Assembly: GCA_964536205.1 (NCBI GenBank)
Contig: CAZHVT010000001.1
Location: 69,944-133,943 of the forward strand
From: an uncultured Gammaproteobacteria bacterium
Lineage (GTDB): Bacteria > Patescibacteriota > Patescibacteriia > Magasanikbacterales > GCA-002688135
DNA length: 64,000 bases
Direction: 5' to 3'
Shown here: in pieces, positions 47,501 through 57,058 of the stretch
Numbering within the stretch: the stretch's first letter is position 1
Layout: every line of letters starts with the position of its first letter
Notes under the pieces: generated by a model
Told to the model about the DNA's origin: nothing
Database searches by the model: none
What the model saw: only the letters and a program-made list of their open reading frames with translations
Program-made: the position numbers and the translations under genes

Positions 47501-48554
47501 GAAACATCGTGCGTTTGTTGCAGATGTTGCGGGGAAAGTTACGGTTGAGACAATTGACCGTCGTGTGATTGAGGGTCCTGATGGAAAACGAATTTTGGAA
47601 GGAAAAGCTGGTCAGCGTATTATCCGCATTACGTATAATGATACACTTCGCGATGAATTTAAATTATTGAAATCTGATAATTTGTTGATCAAAGAAGGTG
47701 ATGTTGTGAAGAAGGGTGCGGCGTTAATGGAACATAAAGATGGTTCAACGGAAATTGCGGAGCACACAGGAATTGTAACTGAAGAAAAATCTAAGGCGGT
47801 TATCACATATGAAGGGCCTTGTGTGAAGGAGTATGTGATTCCTGCGGGATATAAGATTTTGGTTGAGGATGGTCAGGATGCGATGGCCGGTGATGCGCTT
47901 ACGTCTGGTTCAATTGAGTTGCAGCAGTTGTTTGAACTGAAGGGCGAGTATCCAGCTGCGAAATATATCTTGAAAGAAATTCAATCAATTTATACTGGGC
48001 AAGGTCAGAAATTGCGAGATAAGCATGTTGAGGTGATTATTCGTCAGATGTTTTCACGTTTGTATATTGAGGATACGGGTGATACAGAATTTTTGCCGGG
48101 TGATGTGGTTGAGCGTGCGCAGTTTAATATTGAGAATGATCGTGTTAAGGCAGCTAAGGGTGAGTTGGCGATTGGAAAACCTTTGTTCTTGGGAATTTCT
48201 AAGGTGTCGCTTTCAACGCAGAGTTTGTTGTCTGCTGCATCCTTTCAGGAAACTGCAAAGGTGTTGATTGGTGCGGCGGTTTCAGGGAAAGTTGATACAC
48301 TTGATGGGTTAAAAGAAAATGTGATTATCGGACGCTTGATTCCTGCGGGAACAGGTTATGATGGATCACCATTGAAAGATCGGTTAGATGAGAAAATGCA
48401 GGAGATGCGTGAGGAGCGTTCTCGGATTGCAGCTGAAGAAGAGGCTGCGCGGCGTGCTGCGATGGAGGCGGAGATGGGGGAAGAAGATGAAGGTGGTGAT
48501 AGTGATGCTCCTGCTGAAGTTGCGGTTGAGAGTGATGGTGGGGCGGGGTTGTAG
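44502..48554 (+). CDS. rpoC: DNA-directed RNA polymerase subunit beta'
   Basis: 1350 aa. Zn-finger CYCGKY...CDKCGVEV, catalytic [12 protein letters not shown] motif. Confidence 0.97.
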   Translation: MFNQPLADFDALKIELASPETIKDWSFGEVMKPETINYRTQKPEKGGLFAEEIFGPTKDWECYCGKYRKIRYKGIVCDKCGVEVTHSLVRRERMAHIELAAPVSHIWFLRSIPSKLGLILDMSMQNVEKVIYFAMFVITDVDKDLKAATYEQLKSEYKGKKKQIENDLKRKLDQLEKGEAKYTKAEAEEEGERKMESLDEEFAEADAALKLIEPLRLITEHQYQEMSLQYGHLFDAAVGAEAIHMLLSRMDVDGTIKQLEEALKTAPKSKKQRMVRRTQLLKGLHRQGIKPEWMILTVVPVIPPDLRPMVALDGGRYATSDVNDLYRRVINRNNRLKRLRDLNAPEIIVRNEKRMLQEAADALIDNSARHTKTVTNPAGNRRQLRSLADTLKGKQGRFRSNLLGKRTDYSGRSVIVVGPYMKIDECGIPKRMALELFKPFIMSKIINRGIAHNIRSASKVIESERPEVWDILEEVTKTRYVLLNRAPTLHRLGIQAFRPRLIEGKAIQLHPLVCTAFNADFDGDQMAVHVPLTEEAKWEAENLMSAAKNLLRPANGTPIVTPKQDIALGSFYLTSCVDEDKDDKECKRFSSEKEALMAYEVGKIGLQEKIGVRFLDRSRFTDDQPAVVMTTVGRVIFNGILTNAFPYYNHAITSKGLGDVIHYAIETVGHELAVDVLDGVKELGFKYVTKSGHSLSMDDFMVVPDKAELIAEGNGRVDEIEEQYDEGLLTSGERHIKIIEVWDEIKKRIVKNVRNQVPVEGAVYGMIESGARGTWGQLTQVVGMKGLVSNPAGDIIELPVKGSFKEGFEVIEFFISTHGSRKGLTDTALRTANAGYLTRRLVDVSQDIVIRADDCGDEDGITLSSEESDMMGEKLSSRIWGRYIIDPIKDGRKTIVKADTLIDEELKLKLANVEIPEVRYRSILTCKMNKGVCKKCYGFDHSKNQLVDTGTAVGIIAAQSIGEPGTQLTMRTFHTGGVAGGTDITRGLPRVEELFEARNPKHRAFVADVAGKVTVETIDRRVIEGPDGKRILEGKAGQRIIRITYNDTLRDEFKLLKSDNLLIKEGDVVKKGAALMEHKDGSTEIAEHTGIVTEEKSKAVITYEGPCVKEYVIPAGYKILVEDGQDAMAGDALTSGSIELQQLFELKGEYPAAKYILKEIQSIYTGQGQKLRDKHVEVIIRQMFSRLYIEDTGDTEFLPGDVVERAQFNIENDRVKAAKGELAIGKPLFLGISKVSLSTQSLLSAASFQETAKVLIGAAVSGKVDTLDGLKENVIIGRLIPAGTGYDGSPLKDRLDEKMQEMREERSRIAAEEEAARRAAMEAEMGEEDEGGDSDAPAEVAVESDGGAGL

Positions 48555-48569
48555 TAGGCAGCAGGCAGC

Positions 48570-48598
48570 AGAAAAACGGGCTTTGCCCGTTTTTTGTT
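48570..48598 (+). terminator. Rho-independent terminator after rpoC
   Basis: aaaaacgggctttgcccgttttttgttt. Perfect 7-bp stem plus T-run. Confidence 0.7.
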
Positions 48599-48636
48599 TA
48601 TTTGGTAAGGTTCAATACTATAGGTAACATATTTGT

Positions 48637-49344
48637 ATGTCAGGACACAGTAAGTGGAACAATATTAAACAGCGAAAAGCTGCGCAGGATAAAAAGCGCG
48701 GGGCTTCGTTTACGAAGTTGATTCGGGGGGTTGAAATTGCTGCGCAGAGCGGGGGTGATCCAGAGAAAAATCCTACGCTGCGTGTTGCGATTGATTCAGC
48801 AAAAAAAGGTTCGGTTCCAAAGGATACGATTGATCGTGCGATTAAACGTGGGACGGGTGAAGATAAAGATGGTGCGCGTATGGAAGAGGCTTTGTATGAA
48901 GGATACGGTCCGGGGAAAGTTGCGGTTCTAGTTGAGAGTGTGACAGATAATAAGAATCGTGCGGCTTCTGATATTAAGCATGCATTTTCAAAATATGGTG
49001 GTTCGTTTGGTGGAAGTGGAACAGTGAAATGGATGTTTGATCGTCGTGCTGTGATGTCAGCACCTGGTGAAGCTTCAGATGATTTACAATTAGCTTTGAT
49101 GGATGCGGGAGCGTCTGAAATTGATGATTCAGATGGATTGAATATTGCGGGGCCAGTAGAATCGTTTTCACAATTATCGAAAGTGTTTGAAGAAAATGAT
49201 GTGAAGCCAGATATGTCCTCTATTATGTGGGTGGCGAAAGATACAGTTGAGTTATCGTCGGATGATATGGGGCGATTACAGAAAATGTTGGATGCGCTTG
49301 ATGAATTGGATGATGTTGCGGAAGTGTATACGAATGTAAGATAA
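48637..49344 (+). CDS. yebC: YebC/PmpR family DNA-binding transcriptional regulator
   Basis: MSGHSKWNNIKQRKAAQDKKRG N-terminus and full-length YebC-family sequence. Confidence 0.85.
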   Translation: MSGHSKWNNIKQRKAAQDKKRGASFTKLIRGVEIAAQSGGDPEKNPTLRVAIDSAKKGSVPKDTIDRAIKRGTGEDKDGARMEEALYEGYGPGKVAVLVESVTDNKNRAASDIKHAFSKYGGSFGGSGTVKWMFDRRAVMSAPGEASDDLQLALMDAGASEIDDSDGLNIAGPVESFSQLSKVFEENDVKPDMSSIMWVAKDTVELSSDDMGRLQKMLDALDELDDVAEVYTNVR

Positions 49345-49391
49345 AAGGTAAAAGCGAAAAAGTAAAAACCACAACTCAAATTTAAAAGTTT

Positions 49392-49470
49392 TGTTCGTTG
49401 TCATTCCGTAGTCGTACGGAATCCATGTGTTGTGTGGTGCAGTCTTGATGGATCCCGGCCTGCGCCGGGA
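49392..49470. repeat. Family-C paired hairpins between yebC and ruvC
   Basis: gtcattccgtagtcgtacggaatccatgtgttgtgtggtgcagtcttgatggatcccggcctgcgccgggatgat. Confidence 0.6.
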
Positions 49471-49486
49471 TGATATGTTTTTTTCT

Positions 49487-49999
49487 ATGTCAATCGTCAA
49501 TCGTCAATCGTCAATTCGTGTTTTAGGACTTGATCCTGGATATGCTCGCTGTGGTTGGGGTGTTGTTGATTATTCTGGCGATACAACATATGTTGCGCAT
49601 GGATGTTTTGAAACCCACAAGGATGAGAAATTTGAGAATCGTTTGAAAATTATCGGAGAAGCTTTGGAAAAAGTAATTGAAGAATATAAACCTGATCGAA
49701 TTGCGATAGAAGAATTATTTTTTGCAAAAAGTACGACGACAGCTTTGAAAGTATGCCATGCTCGTGGTGTGCTTTTTTTTATCGCAGCGAAATTTGGGAT
49801 TCCGATTGATGAGATGAAACCTTCACAAGTGAAACAAGGATTAACAGGATATGGAAAAGCAGATAAATCGCAAATGCAGATGATGGTGAAATTGCAATTG
49901 AAATTACAGACTGTTCCGCAGCCGGATGATGCAGCTGATGCACTGGCTGTGGCGATTGTTGGGGCTGTGTGTCATAGAACATTAGCCTTGCCAACGTAG
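49487..49999 (+). CDS. ruvC: Crossover junction endodeoxyribonuclease RuvC
   Basis: IRVLGLDPGYARCGWGVV catalytic N-terminus (Asp in GLDPG) and typical RuvC length. Start chosen downstream of a palindromic repeat; an alternative ATG lies at 49475. Confidence 0.85.
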   Translation: MSIVNRQSSIRVLGLDPGYARCGWGVVDYSGDTTYVAHGCFETHKDEKFENRLKIIGEALEKVIEEYKPDRIAIEELFFAKSTTTALKVCHARGVLFFIAAKFGIPIDEMKPSQVKQGLTGYGKADKSQMQMMVKLQLKLQTVPQPDDAADALAVAIVGAVCHRTLALPT

Positions 50000-50039
50000 T
50001 TTTTAGGTGATACGTTGTAGTGTAGGGTAGGAGGTATAT

Positions 50040-50663
50040 ATGAGTTCTTTAACAGCAGAGATACGCGAGAAGTTGCAGCTCGAGCGGATGATTTTTCATA
50101 TCGCTTCGTGTTGTTTGATCGGTTTTACGTATCTATTTGCGCAGCCGACGCGCAGTGAAGCGTTAACGATCTTGATTCCCACGACCGGCATTTTTTTTCT
50201 TCTTGATGTGACGCGATTGTTCATTCCGAAGTGGCGTGAATTTTGTATCCGTCATTACGATGTTCTCATGAGATCATATGAAGAAAAAAGCTTGAGTGCG
50301 ATTACGTGGAATATTTTGGGTGTATTGCTTGCAGTATATTTTTTTCCGCGTGAGCTTGCTGCTGCGGCGATTTTGTTTGCTGGGGTGGTTGATCCTATTG
50401 CGCGATTCGCTGGTGTTTTGTGGGGTAAGATTCAGATTGGTACACTGAAAAAAACTGTTGCAGGAGTTGCTGGCGGAGCATTAGCAGGTTTGGTGATGGC
50501 AGCTTCCATAACCACAACCATGAGTGCGATTTTCCCGCGCTTAACATTTGGTGTTCTTGCGCTGGGTTCCATGTCCGCATCACTCTGTGAATTGTTTGCG
50601 GGTAAGTTGGATAATCTCTTGATTCCACTTGGTTCTGCTGGAACAATGCTGTTGTTTATGTAA
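50040..50663 (+). CDS. Polytopic membrane protein, possibly of the CTP-dependent polyprenol/diacylglycerol kinase or CDP-alcohol family. Weak assignment.
   Basis: GTAGGAGG RBS. About 6 TM helices. No decisive motif. Confidence 0.35.
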   Translation: MSSLTAEIREKLQLERMIFHIASCCLIGFTYLFAQPTRSEALTILIPTTGIFFLLDVTRLFIPKWREFCIRHYDVLMRSYEEKSLSAITWNILGVLLAVYFFPRELAAAAILFAGVVDPIARFAGVLWGKIQIGTLKKTVAGVAGGALAGLVMAASITTTMSAIFPRLTFGVLALGSMSASLCELFAGKLDNLLIPLGSAGTMLLFM

Positions 50664-50664
50664 A

Positions 50665-50748
50665 CACTGCCTACGGGCAGTTTTTTTATTGACCGTGTTC
50701 AAAGTTTGTGTTAGCATCTGTGATGTTCATTATCATAAGGAGGTGCAG
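50665..50748 (+). promoter_or_regulatory. Terminator-promoter-RBS composite upstream of the DUF218 gene (ctgcctacgggcag hairpin, TTGACC-17-TAGCAT, AAGGAGG)
   Basis: actgcctacgggcagtttttttattgaccgtgttcaaagtttgtgttagcatctgtgatgttcattatcataaggaggtgcagaaATG. Confidence 0.5.
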
Positions 50749-50750
50749 AA

Positions 50751-51299
50751 ATGTTGTCTCGATTGTATCGATCGATGTTTGAATGGCGGTTTGAGCAGCC
50801 ATCCATGGATGAATTACAAAAAGCTGATGCGATTGTCGTGCAAGCATACAGTAGATCTCGTCATGGAGATGGTCCTGGTCGTGCGAATTACATACTTGCA
50901 TATACGGCATTTGATATGTGGGAAGCATTTAAGCTTCCTGTCCTTAGTATGACTGAGATTCAAATGACTCGAAAGGATCCGCCGACGAAGTTTGTCTATA
51001 AAGGACAAACAGGTGGTCATTCAACGCAGGATTGTAATACGTTCACGATTGCCCAGGCACATGCGAAGTTCTGTGCCGAGAGGGGATATAAAACAGTCAT
51101 TGTTGTTGCCAGCGAACCACATATGGGACGTGCGCTTTGGTGTTATGAGCGACTTGGTCTTGCGACTATACCGATGCCAGTTGAGATTCGACAATGTCTA
51201 AGTTCAAATTACTTGCATTGGAGTCATCGTGGCGTTATGCGATTTGCTGTGAGAGAATTTTGCGTGAGATTGATGTTTCTTGCTAAAGGTCACATCTAA
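50751..51299 (+). CDS. DUF218 (YdcF/SanA/ElyC-like) domain protein, module-type gene
   Basis: VVASEPHMGRALWCYERLG resembles the DUF218 signature (V-x-S-x-x-H-M-x-R-A). Terminator-TATTGACC promoter-AAGGAGG RBS upstream, and a bidirectional terminator (51307-51342) downstream. Confidence 0.45.
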   Translation: MLSRLYRSMFEWRFEQPSMDELQKADAIVVQAYSRSRHGDGPGRANYILAYTAFDMWEAFKLPVLSMTEIQMTRKDPPTKFVYKGQTGGHSTQDCNTFTIAQAHAKFCAERGYKTVIVVASEPHMGRALWCYERLGLATIPMPVEIRQCLSSNYLHWSHRGVMRFAVREFCVRLMFLAKGHI

Positions 51300-51306
51300 A
51301 ATTGTG

Positions 51307-51342
51307 TAATCAAAAACCTCCCAGGATGGGAGGCTTTTTTAT
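51307..51342. terminator. Bidirectional rho-independent terminator between the DUF218 gene (+) and pnp (-)
   Basis: aaaaacctcccaggatgggaggcttttttatt. A/T runs on both sides of an 8-bp stem. Confidence 0.7.
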
Positions 51343-51348
51343 TTGCTG

Positions 51349-53580
51349 CTAGTTTCTGCGAGGTCCTCGATCGTCTCTTCCTCGGCTTGGACTTCCGCCG
51401 CGGCCGGTGCCGGGTTTGCGGTCTTCCCAACCTTCTGGTTTTGGAAGTAGGTCTTTCATGGAGAGTTTGATTTTTCCATCAGCTCCCACTTCTTTTACTT
51501 TTACTTTTACTATGTCGCCGAGTTTCACGACGTCGGTTACATTTTCAGTTCGTGACCATGCTAATTCTGATACGTGTACCAATCCATCTGTTCCAGGAGT
51601 TAATTCAACGAAAGCTCCGAAATCCATAATGCGGACAACTTTACCTTCGTATTCTTCTCCAGCTTCGATTTTCTTCGTGAGTTTTTCAATCCATTCGATT
51701 GCTTCTTTCATTTTTTCTCCGTTATCTGAAGCGATGAAAACTGTTCCATCTTGTTCAATGTCAATTGAAACGCCTGTTGTATCAATAATTTCATTGATTT
51801 GTTTTCCACCTGGGCCAATAACGACACGAATCATTTCTGGATCGATATGTAATGTTTCAATACGTGGAGCATATGGTGAGAGATCTGAACGAGCTTCTTT
51901 AATAGCTTTTTCCATTGATTCAATCACGTGAACGCGGCCATCAAGAGCTTGGTTGATAGTTTGCTTCACGATGTCTTTGTTCAATCCGAGTGTTTTTGTA
52001 TCCATTTGAATGGCTGTGATTCCATCGCGTGTTCCCGTGATTTTGAAATCCATACCACCTTCTCCGTCTTCCAAATCTTGTAGATCTGTGATGACTTGCC
52101 ATTCCCCTTCTTTGTTTGAAGCTAATCCCATAGCTACTCCACCAACTGTTTTGGTGATAGGTACGCCGGCGTCCATCAATGAAAGTGATGAACCACACGC
52201 TGATGCCATTGAAGATGATCCGTTTGAACCAAACACTTCTGATACCACCCGAATGGTGTACGGGAAGTCTTCTTTTGCGGGCAATACAGGCAACAGTGCT
52301 TTTTCTGCCAATGAACCGTGTCCGATATCTCGTCGAGATGGACCGCGGTTTGGGCGAGCTTCTCCCACAGAAAATGCGGGGAAGTTGTAGTGATGCATGT
52401 ATCGTTTTTTACTTGATCCTTCAATTCCTTCCAATGTTTGTACATCGCCGGGAGATCCGAGTGTGACGATTGAAAGTACTTGTGTTTCTCCACGATTGAA
52501 CAATCCTGTTCCATGAGTTCGTGGAAGTGTTCCGACAAGTGATGAAAGTTCTCGTGTTTCTGTAACAGATCGTCCATCGATGCGACGTTTGTTCTTGATG
52601 ATCTCATCAGACACAACGCGACCGATCATGTATTTTAGGTTTGAGAGGATTTTCTTTTTCGCTTCTACTGCAACTTGTTTTTCTGTGAGATGTTCATCGA
52701 GTTTTTCGCTGATGATTGCAAAAGCTGCTTTTCGTTCTTTTTTCCAGACGAGTGGTTTTTCGTAGAGAACGCCTGGTGCGAAATCATCCAAGAATTTTAC
52801 TGCTAAATCTTTTGCATGTTGTTCTTGTGTGTAGATTTCTTCCAGCTCTGGAGTTGAAACGTCTGGTTCTTGTTTTTTCTTTCCAACTTTTTTTACGATA
52901 GTGTTAATGAGTCCGACAACTTCTTTCAAATGCTTCTGACCGAATTCAATTGCTTCGATCATGTCAGCTTCATTCACTTCGTTTGCTTCTGCCTCAACCA
53001 TGATAACCATGTCTGGCGTTCCACATACGATCAAATCGAGTTTTGATTTTAATCGTGCTTCATATGTTGGGTTGATTACCCATTCTTTTTTGCTTCCATC
53101 TTCAGATGCGATACGTCCTACACGGATTCCTCCGATTGGACCATTCCATGGAATATCTGAAATTGAAAGTGCGATAGATGCTGCGACAATTCCGATAACA
53201 TCGGGATCATTTTCTCCATCGACGGAAAGTGGTGTCACTACAACTTGCACATCTTTTCGTCCAGATGCATCAAAAAGCGGTCGAATAGTTCGATCGATCA
53301 TGCGTGATGTTAATACTGCGGTGTCTGTTGGTCGGCCTTCGCGTTTGATAAAGCGTGAGCCTTTGATGATACCAGCTGCGTAGAGTTTCTCATCGAAATC
53401 TACCATCAGTGGGAACCAATCGATTCCTTCGCGCGCACTTTGTCCCATGACAGTTGTTGCCATAACGACGGTATCGCCGTAACGCACGGTACATGACGCG
53501 CTTGCTTGAAGTGCCATACGGCCAACTTCAACTGAGAGGGTGCGTCCGCCCCATTGGGTCTCAAATGTTTCTATGTTCAT
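51349..53580 (-). CDS. pnp: Polyribonucleotide nucleotidyltransferase (PNPase) with an Arg/Gly-rich C-terminal tail
   Basis: Two RNase PH domains, KH and S1 domains. N-terminus MNIETFETQWGGRTLSVEVGRMA... Located downstream of rpsO as in most bacteria. Confidence 0.95.
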   Translation of the reverse strand: MNIETFETQWGGRTLSVEVGRMALQASASCTVRYGDTVVMATTVMGQSAREGIDWFPLMVDFDEKLYAAGIIKGSRFIKREGRPTDTAVLTSRMIDRTIRPLFDASGRKDVQVVVTPLSVDGENDPDVIGIVAASIALSISDIPWNGPIGGIRVGRIASEDGSKKEWVINPTYEARLKSKLDLIVCGTPDMVIMVEAEANEVNEADMIEAIEFGQKHLKEVVGLINTIVKKVGKKKQEPDVSTPELEEIYTQEQHAKDLAVKFLDDFAPGVLYEKPLVWKKERKAAFAIISEKLDEHLTEKQVAVEAKKKILSNLKYMIGRVVSDEIIKNKRRIDGRSVTETRELSSLVGTLPRTHGTGLFNRGETQVLSIVTLGSPGDVQTLEGIEGSSKKRYMHHYNFPAFSVGEARPNRGPSRRDIGHGSLAEKALLPVLPAKEDFPYTIRVVSEVFGSNGSSSMASACGSSLSLMDAGVPITKTVGGVAMGLASNKEGEWQVITDLQDLEDGEGGMDFKITGTRDGITAIQMDTKTLGLNKDIVKQTINQALDGRVHVIESMEKAIKEARSDLSPYAPRIETLHIDPEMIRVVIGPGGKQINEIIDTTGVSIDIEQDGTVFIASDNGEKMKEAIEWIEKLTKKIEAGEEYEGKVVRIMDFGAFVELTPGTDGLVHVSELAWSRTENVTDVVKLGDIVKVKVKEVGADGKIKLSMKDLLPKPEGWEDRKPGTGRGGSPSRGRDDRGPRRN

Positions 53581-53731
53581 ATAGAATTTTGCTGACCCAC
53601 AAACTCGAGGTTACCTTTCGGTAGGCTCTATGTCTGTGGACCAGCTGTTAATATTAGTAAGTATAAATAACTTATTCTGAAAGGAGTATATCAAAAAAGC
53701 CGTTTTTAGTCAACGGCTTCATGTGGGTTGT

Positions 53732-54331
53732 TTATTTTCTTGTTGTGCGACGAGTGGTTGGTTTGCGAGTTGATTTAGTTGCTGGTTTTTTGGTTGATGT
53801 GCGACGTGTTGGGGTGTGTCGAGTTAGGGGTCGGCGAGATTTGATGAGGAATCGATCGTCTTCTCCGAGGTCGGTGAAAATGTCTGCGTGCTCGACGAGT
53901 TTTGATGAGGTTGTTCTGCGGAATGCCATAACTTCGACTTGGCGGCCGCGTTGTTTTAAGTATTCTAACAATGGGATGTAATCACCGTCGCCAGAAACGA
54001 GGATGATGACATCAAGGACGTCACAGATTCGGACACAATCAATAGTAATACCGACATCCCAATCTGCTTTTTTGTGTCCTCCAAAAAATATTTGTAAATC
54101 TCTTTCTTTTGTTTCAATACCTCGTTTTACGAGTGCGTCGAGAAATGGTTTTTCTTCTTGTTCTTCTGTGCGTACGACGTATGCGATGGCGCGAATGAGT
54201 TGACGGTCGTCGAGACCTTCTTTGACTATTTTTGCAAAATCGACGTGAGCGCCGTGTAAGTTTTTTGCTGAATAATATAAATTTTGGACGTCGATGAATA
54301 CACCGACGCGTTGGTGTGTGTTTTTAATCAT
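53732..54331 (-). CDS. NYN-domain (LabA/DUF88-like) protein with a basic Thr/Arg/Lys-rich C-terminal tail
   Basis: VGVFIDVQNLYYSA...ILVSGDGDYIPLLEYLKQRGRQVEVMAF matches the NYN/LabA PIN-like fold. Inserted between rpsO and pnp. Confidence 0.7.
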   Translation of the reverse strand: MIKNTHQRVGVFIDVQNLYYSAKNLHGAHVDFAKIVKEGLDDRQLIRAIAYVVRTEEQEEKPFLDALVKRGIETKERDLQIFFGGHKKADWDVGITIDCVRICDVLDVIILVSGDGDYIPLLEYLKQRGRQVEVMAFRRTTSSKLVEHADIFTDLGEDDRFLIKSRRPLTRHTPTRRTSTKKPATKSTRKPTTRRTTRK

Positions 54332-54334
54332 AAA

Positions 54335-54372
54335 ATTAGCGTTTAGGTTTTAGCGGTTAGCGTTTAGTTTAA
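54335..54372 (-). repeat. Family-A element (partial) immediately upstream of the NYN-domain gene start, in gene-matching orientation
   Basis: Minus strand reads ...ctaaacgctaaccgctaaaacctaaacgctaattttATG. Confidence 0.5.
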
Positions 54373-54588
54373 AATTGTTTCAATTTTTTAAAAGGTTTGG
54401 GTTGTAAGGAGCGTAGGGCACGTTACATCAACTGTCATTGCGAGGAGGTACGACGTGGCAATCTTTTTTATATGGATCCCTCCCCCCGCCTACGCTCGGG
54501 ATGACACGTTGTTGTGGTTCGGTTTTCTATTGTAGCAGATTTTTGTGTAGGAAACGAGACGCCACCTCGCAAGAGGTGGCGTTTGTTT

Positions 54589-54915
54589 TTATCCTTGTTG
54601 TTGTGCCTGTGCCATCTGTGACGGAATTGGTTTGGTTGGTTGTGCAACGACTGCTTTATTTAGTTTCAATGCTTCAACCAATTTTTCCCAACGTTTTTTG
54701 TCTTCTCGTTCGAGGTATCGGAGGAGTCTGCGACGCTCTGATACTTTTCGGAGCAATCCTCGTCGTGAGGAATGATCCTTCTTGTGTTCTTGTAAATGTT
54801 TTGTGAGATATTTGATCTCATGAGTGAGGATCGCGATTTGAACCTCTGGTGAACCGGTGTCCGATTCATGTGTGCGGAACTTCTCGATGATGTTCTGCTT
54901 TTGACGTTTGGTCAT
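54589..54915 (-). CDS. rpsO: 30S ribosomal protein S15 with a short C-terminal extension
   Basis: [51 protein letters not shown] is canonical S15. Start taken at [13 protein letters not shown]. Confidence 0.8.
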   Translation of the reverse strand: MTKRQKQNIIEKFRTHESDTGSPEVQIAILTHEIKYLTKHLQEHKKDHSSRRGLLRKVSERRRLLRYLEREDKKRWEKLVEALKLNKAVVAQPTKPIPSQMAQAQQQG

Positions 54916-55348
54916 CATATCACGCGTTTTGTTATGGCTTGCGCAGGGCGTGTCCCGCGCAGCTCTGATTAATGAGGGTATATTAGGATATATTGTATTT
55001 GTTGTCAACTGTATTTTTTTGCTTTTTTATCTCACGACCTTCGTATTTCAGAACTACTTTTTTCGCATGAAAGCTGCCTCTTTTTAAGGAAATTTCTTGC
55101 AGTGCTTTTTCAAAAAAGCACGAAAAACTTTCGCGCCACGTTCTGTTCAGGGTTTAACTTGGTTTTTCAGACAAAAAATTAAACTCGCTACAACGCTCAG
55201 ACAGTAATTTTTTGTAGCTGAAAAACCGTCGTTAAACTAATCCTGAACGCCACTATGCGCGGCGGCTATCGCCGACTTATAGAGCTGCTATCGCAGATTT
55301 TTATTTGGTGCTTCGCACTTCGGGTTAAGTGTCGTATAATGTATTCCT

Positions 55349-56299
55349 ATGCCAGATAGTCAGCTTTTGAAAACAATGAAACAGTTTTTGGATTATCTTG
55401 AGGTTGAGAAAAATCGGAGTGTTTTGACGCGGCGGAATTATGCTTTGTATTTGAGGAGGTTTATGAAGTTCTCAAAGTTATCGAAAACTTCGCAGATCAC
55501 AAAGGATGATGTAAGGAAATTTCGGATGTGGTTGCATCGGAAGAAAACTGCGAAAGGAAAAACATTGTCGCCGTCGACACAGAATTATCATTTGATTGCG
55601 TTGCGGAGTTTTTTGGGATATTGCGCGAAGATGGATATCCGCGCGCTTGCACCGGAAAAAGTTGAGTTAGCGAAGATTGCAGATCGTCAGGTGAATTTTA
55701 TGGAAGGTTCTGATGTGATGCGATTGTTGCGAGCGCCGTTACAAGGGGATGTGAATATTGTGAATTTGCGTGATGCCGCGATTTTGGAATTATTGTTTTC
55801 GACTGGTTTGCGAGTTTCAGAATTGGTTGGTTTGAAAAAGGAAGATATTAATTTGAAGCGAGATGATTTTACGGTTCGTGGAAAGGGTCGGAAGATGCGG
55901 ATTGTGTTTTTGTCGGATCGATCGAAAAAGGCGATTTTGAAATATTTGAAAAAGCGCGAGGATTTGAATCCGTATTTATTTGTGTCGCATGATCCGGCGA
56001 AAAAGAAACGCCATGCACCACGTGGGGTGCATGGTGGGCGCGATGTTGGTTTATCGCCGCGGACTATTCAGCGGATTGTTGATCGATATGCTAAGGAGGC
56101 GGGGATTACGCGCAAGATTTCTCCGCATGCTTTGCGACATTCATTTGCGACCGATCTCTTGCGTAATGGCGCGGATTTGCGTAGTGTACAGGCATTGTTA
56201 GGGCATTCTTCGATTACGACGACGCAGGTTTATACGCATGTTTCGGATAAGCATCTTAAAGAAGTCCACAAACGTTTTCATGACAAAAAAGACACATAA
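55349..56299 (+). CDS. Site-specific tyrosine recombinase, XerC/XerD family
   Basis: N-terminal core-binding domain. Catalytic domain with R...HxxR...Y (ISPHALRHSFATDLLRNGADLRSVQALLGHSSITTTQVYTHV). Ends 13 bp before tRNA-Arg. Confidence 0.8.
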   Translation: MPDSQLLKTMKQFLDYLEVEKNRSVLTRRNYALYLRRFMKFSKLSKTSQITKDDVRKFRMWLHRKKTAKGKTLSPSTQNYHLIALRSFLGYCAKMDIRALAPEKVELAKIADRQVNFMEGSDVMRLLRAPLQGDVNIVNLRDAAILELLFSTGLRVSELVGLKKEDINLKRDDFTVRGKGRKMRIVFLSDRSKKAILKYLKKREDLNPYLFVSHDPAKKKRHAPRGVHGGRDVGLSPRTIQRIVDRYAKEAGITRKISPHALRHSFATDLLRNGADLRSVQALLGHSSITTTQVYTHVSDKHLKEVHKRFHDKKDT

Positions 56300-56311
56300 G
56301 AACGCATGTTT

Positions 56312-56383
56312 GCCCCTGTAGTTCAATGGATAGAACGCGAGCCTTCTAAGCTCGATATGTAAGTTCGATTCTTACCGGGGGTA
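56312..56383 (+). tRNA. tRNA-Arg (anticodon TCT)
   Basis: Manual fold: acceptor gcccctg/cgggggt (two G-U), D-arm gttc-aatggata-gaac, anticodon arm cgagc-cttctaa-gctcg, T-arm gtaag-ttcgatt-cttac, discriminator A. Coordinates +/-1. Confidence 0.75.
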
Positions 56384-56386
56384 TAG

Positions 56387-57058
56387 ATGTGTTCTTTTAA
56401 AGGAATTATGAAATTACAATTTGAATACGACATCGATATGGATGTCAAAAATATCATGAAGGGGAAGCGGTCGGTGAATAATAAAAAACCGACTCGATTT
56501 CAGAATTTGATTGCCGATGAGTGCGGTGAGGATTTTGATGATGAGGATGCGAAAATTTTTATAAAGAAATATGTAGAGAATGATGATGTAGATGTTTCTT
56601 CGGAGATAGATCGATTTGAAAAAGAATGGAAACGTGTTGAATCGGATTTTACAGAGCGTGTTGAGAAGATGTTTGGTATGTCATATCCGTCGCCTGTTGT
56701 TACGGTATATCTGTCACATAATCAGCGTAGTACCTATAATATTGCGGAAGATTATTTTTTTGTGATGATTGGTTCTCAGATTTCCAATCAAGTTGTGATG
56801 CATGAGTTGCTGCATTTTTATACATGGCATGCATTTGGAAAGAAGTTTATTGATGATGGGCTTTCAAAGTCTCGATATAATGAAGTGAAGGAGTCGCTGA
56901 CAGAATTACTTAATGTTGAGTTTTCAGATTTGATGGATGGGGAGATTGATAAGGGTTATCCGCAACATACGGTCATGCGAGAGAAAGTTCGAGAGATGTG
57001 GCTGGAGAAAAAGGATGTTAGAAGTGTTTTTGATTTTTTAGTAAGCAGTAATGTATGA
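56387..57058 (+). CDS. Hypothetical protein with an HExxH motif (VMHELLHFYTWHAF), a possible metallopeptidase-like fold
   Basis: 223-aa ORF starting 4 nt after the tRNA. Its stop overlaps the epimerase start (ATGA). Only the short zinc-binding-like motif is recognisable. Confidence 0.35.
   Translation: MCSFKGIMKLQFEYDIDMDVKNIMKGKRSVNNKKPTRFQNLIADECGEDFDDEDAKIFIKKYVENDDVDVSSEIDRFEKEWKRVESDFTERVEKMFGMSYPSPVVTVYLSHNQRSTYNIAEDYFFVMIGSQISNQVVMHELLHFYTWHAFGKKFIDDGLSKSRYNEVKESLTELLNVEFSDLMDGEIDKGYPQHTVMREKVREMWLEKKDVRSVFDFLVSSNV

Noticed and set aside
49492-49518. Tandem heptamer (caatcgt x3.5) and agctaaa x4 at 40955-40990 as possible phase-variable simple-sequence repeats
   Set aside because: The first lies inside the RuvC N-terminal coding region with the reading frame preserved (SIVNRQSS). 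The second is part of a family-B/A repeat in the rpoB leader. There is no evidence of length variation in a single sequence.
55320-55350. dif-like site (ataatgtat core) upstream of the Xer gene
   Set aside because: The flanking arms are not inverted repeats of each other. The motif is better explained as a TATAAT -10 box for the recombinase gene.
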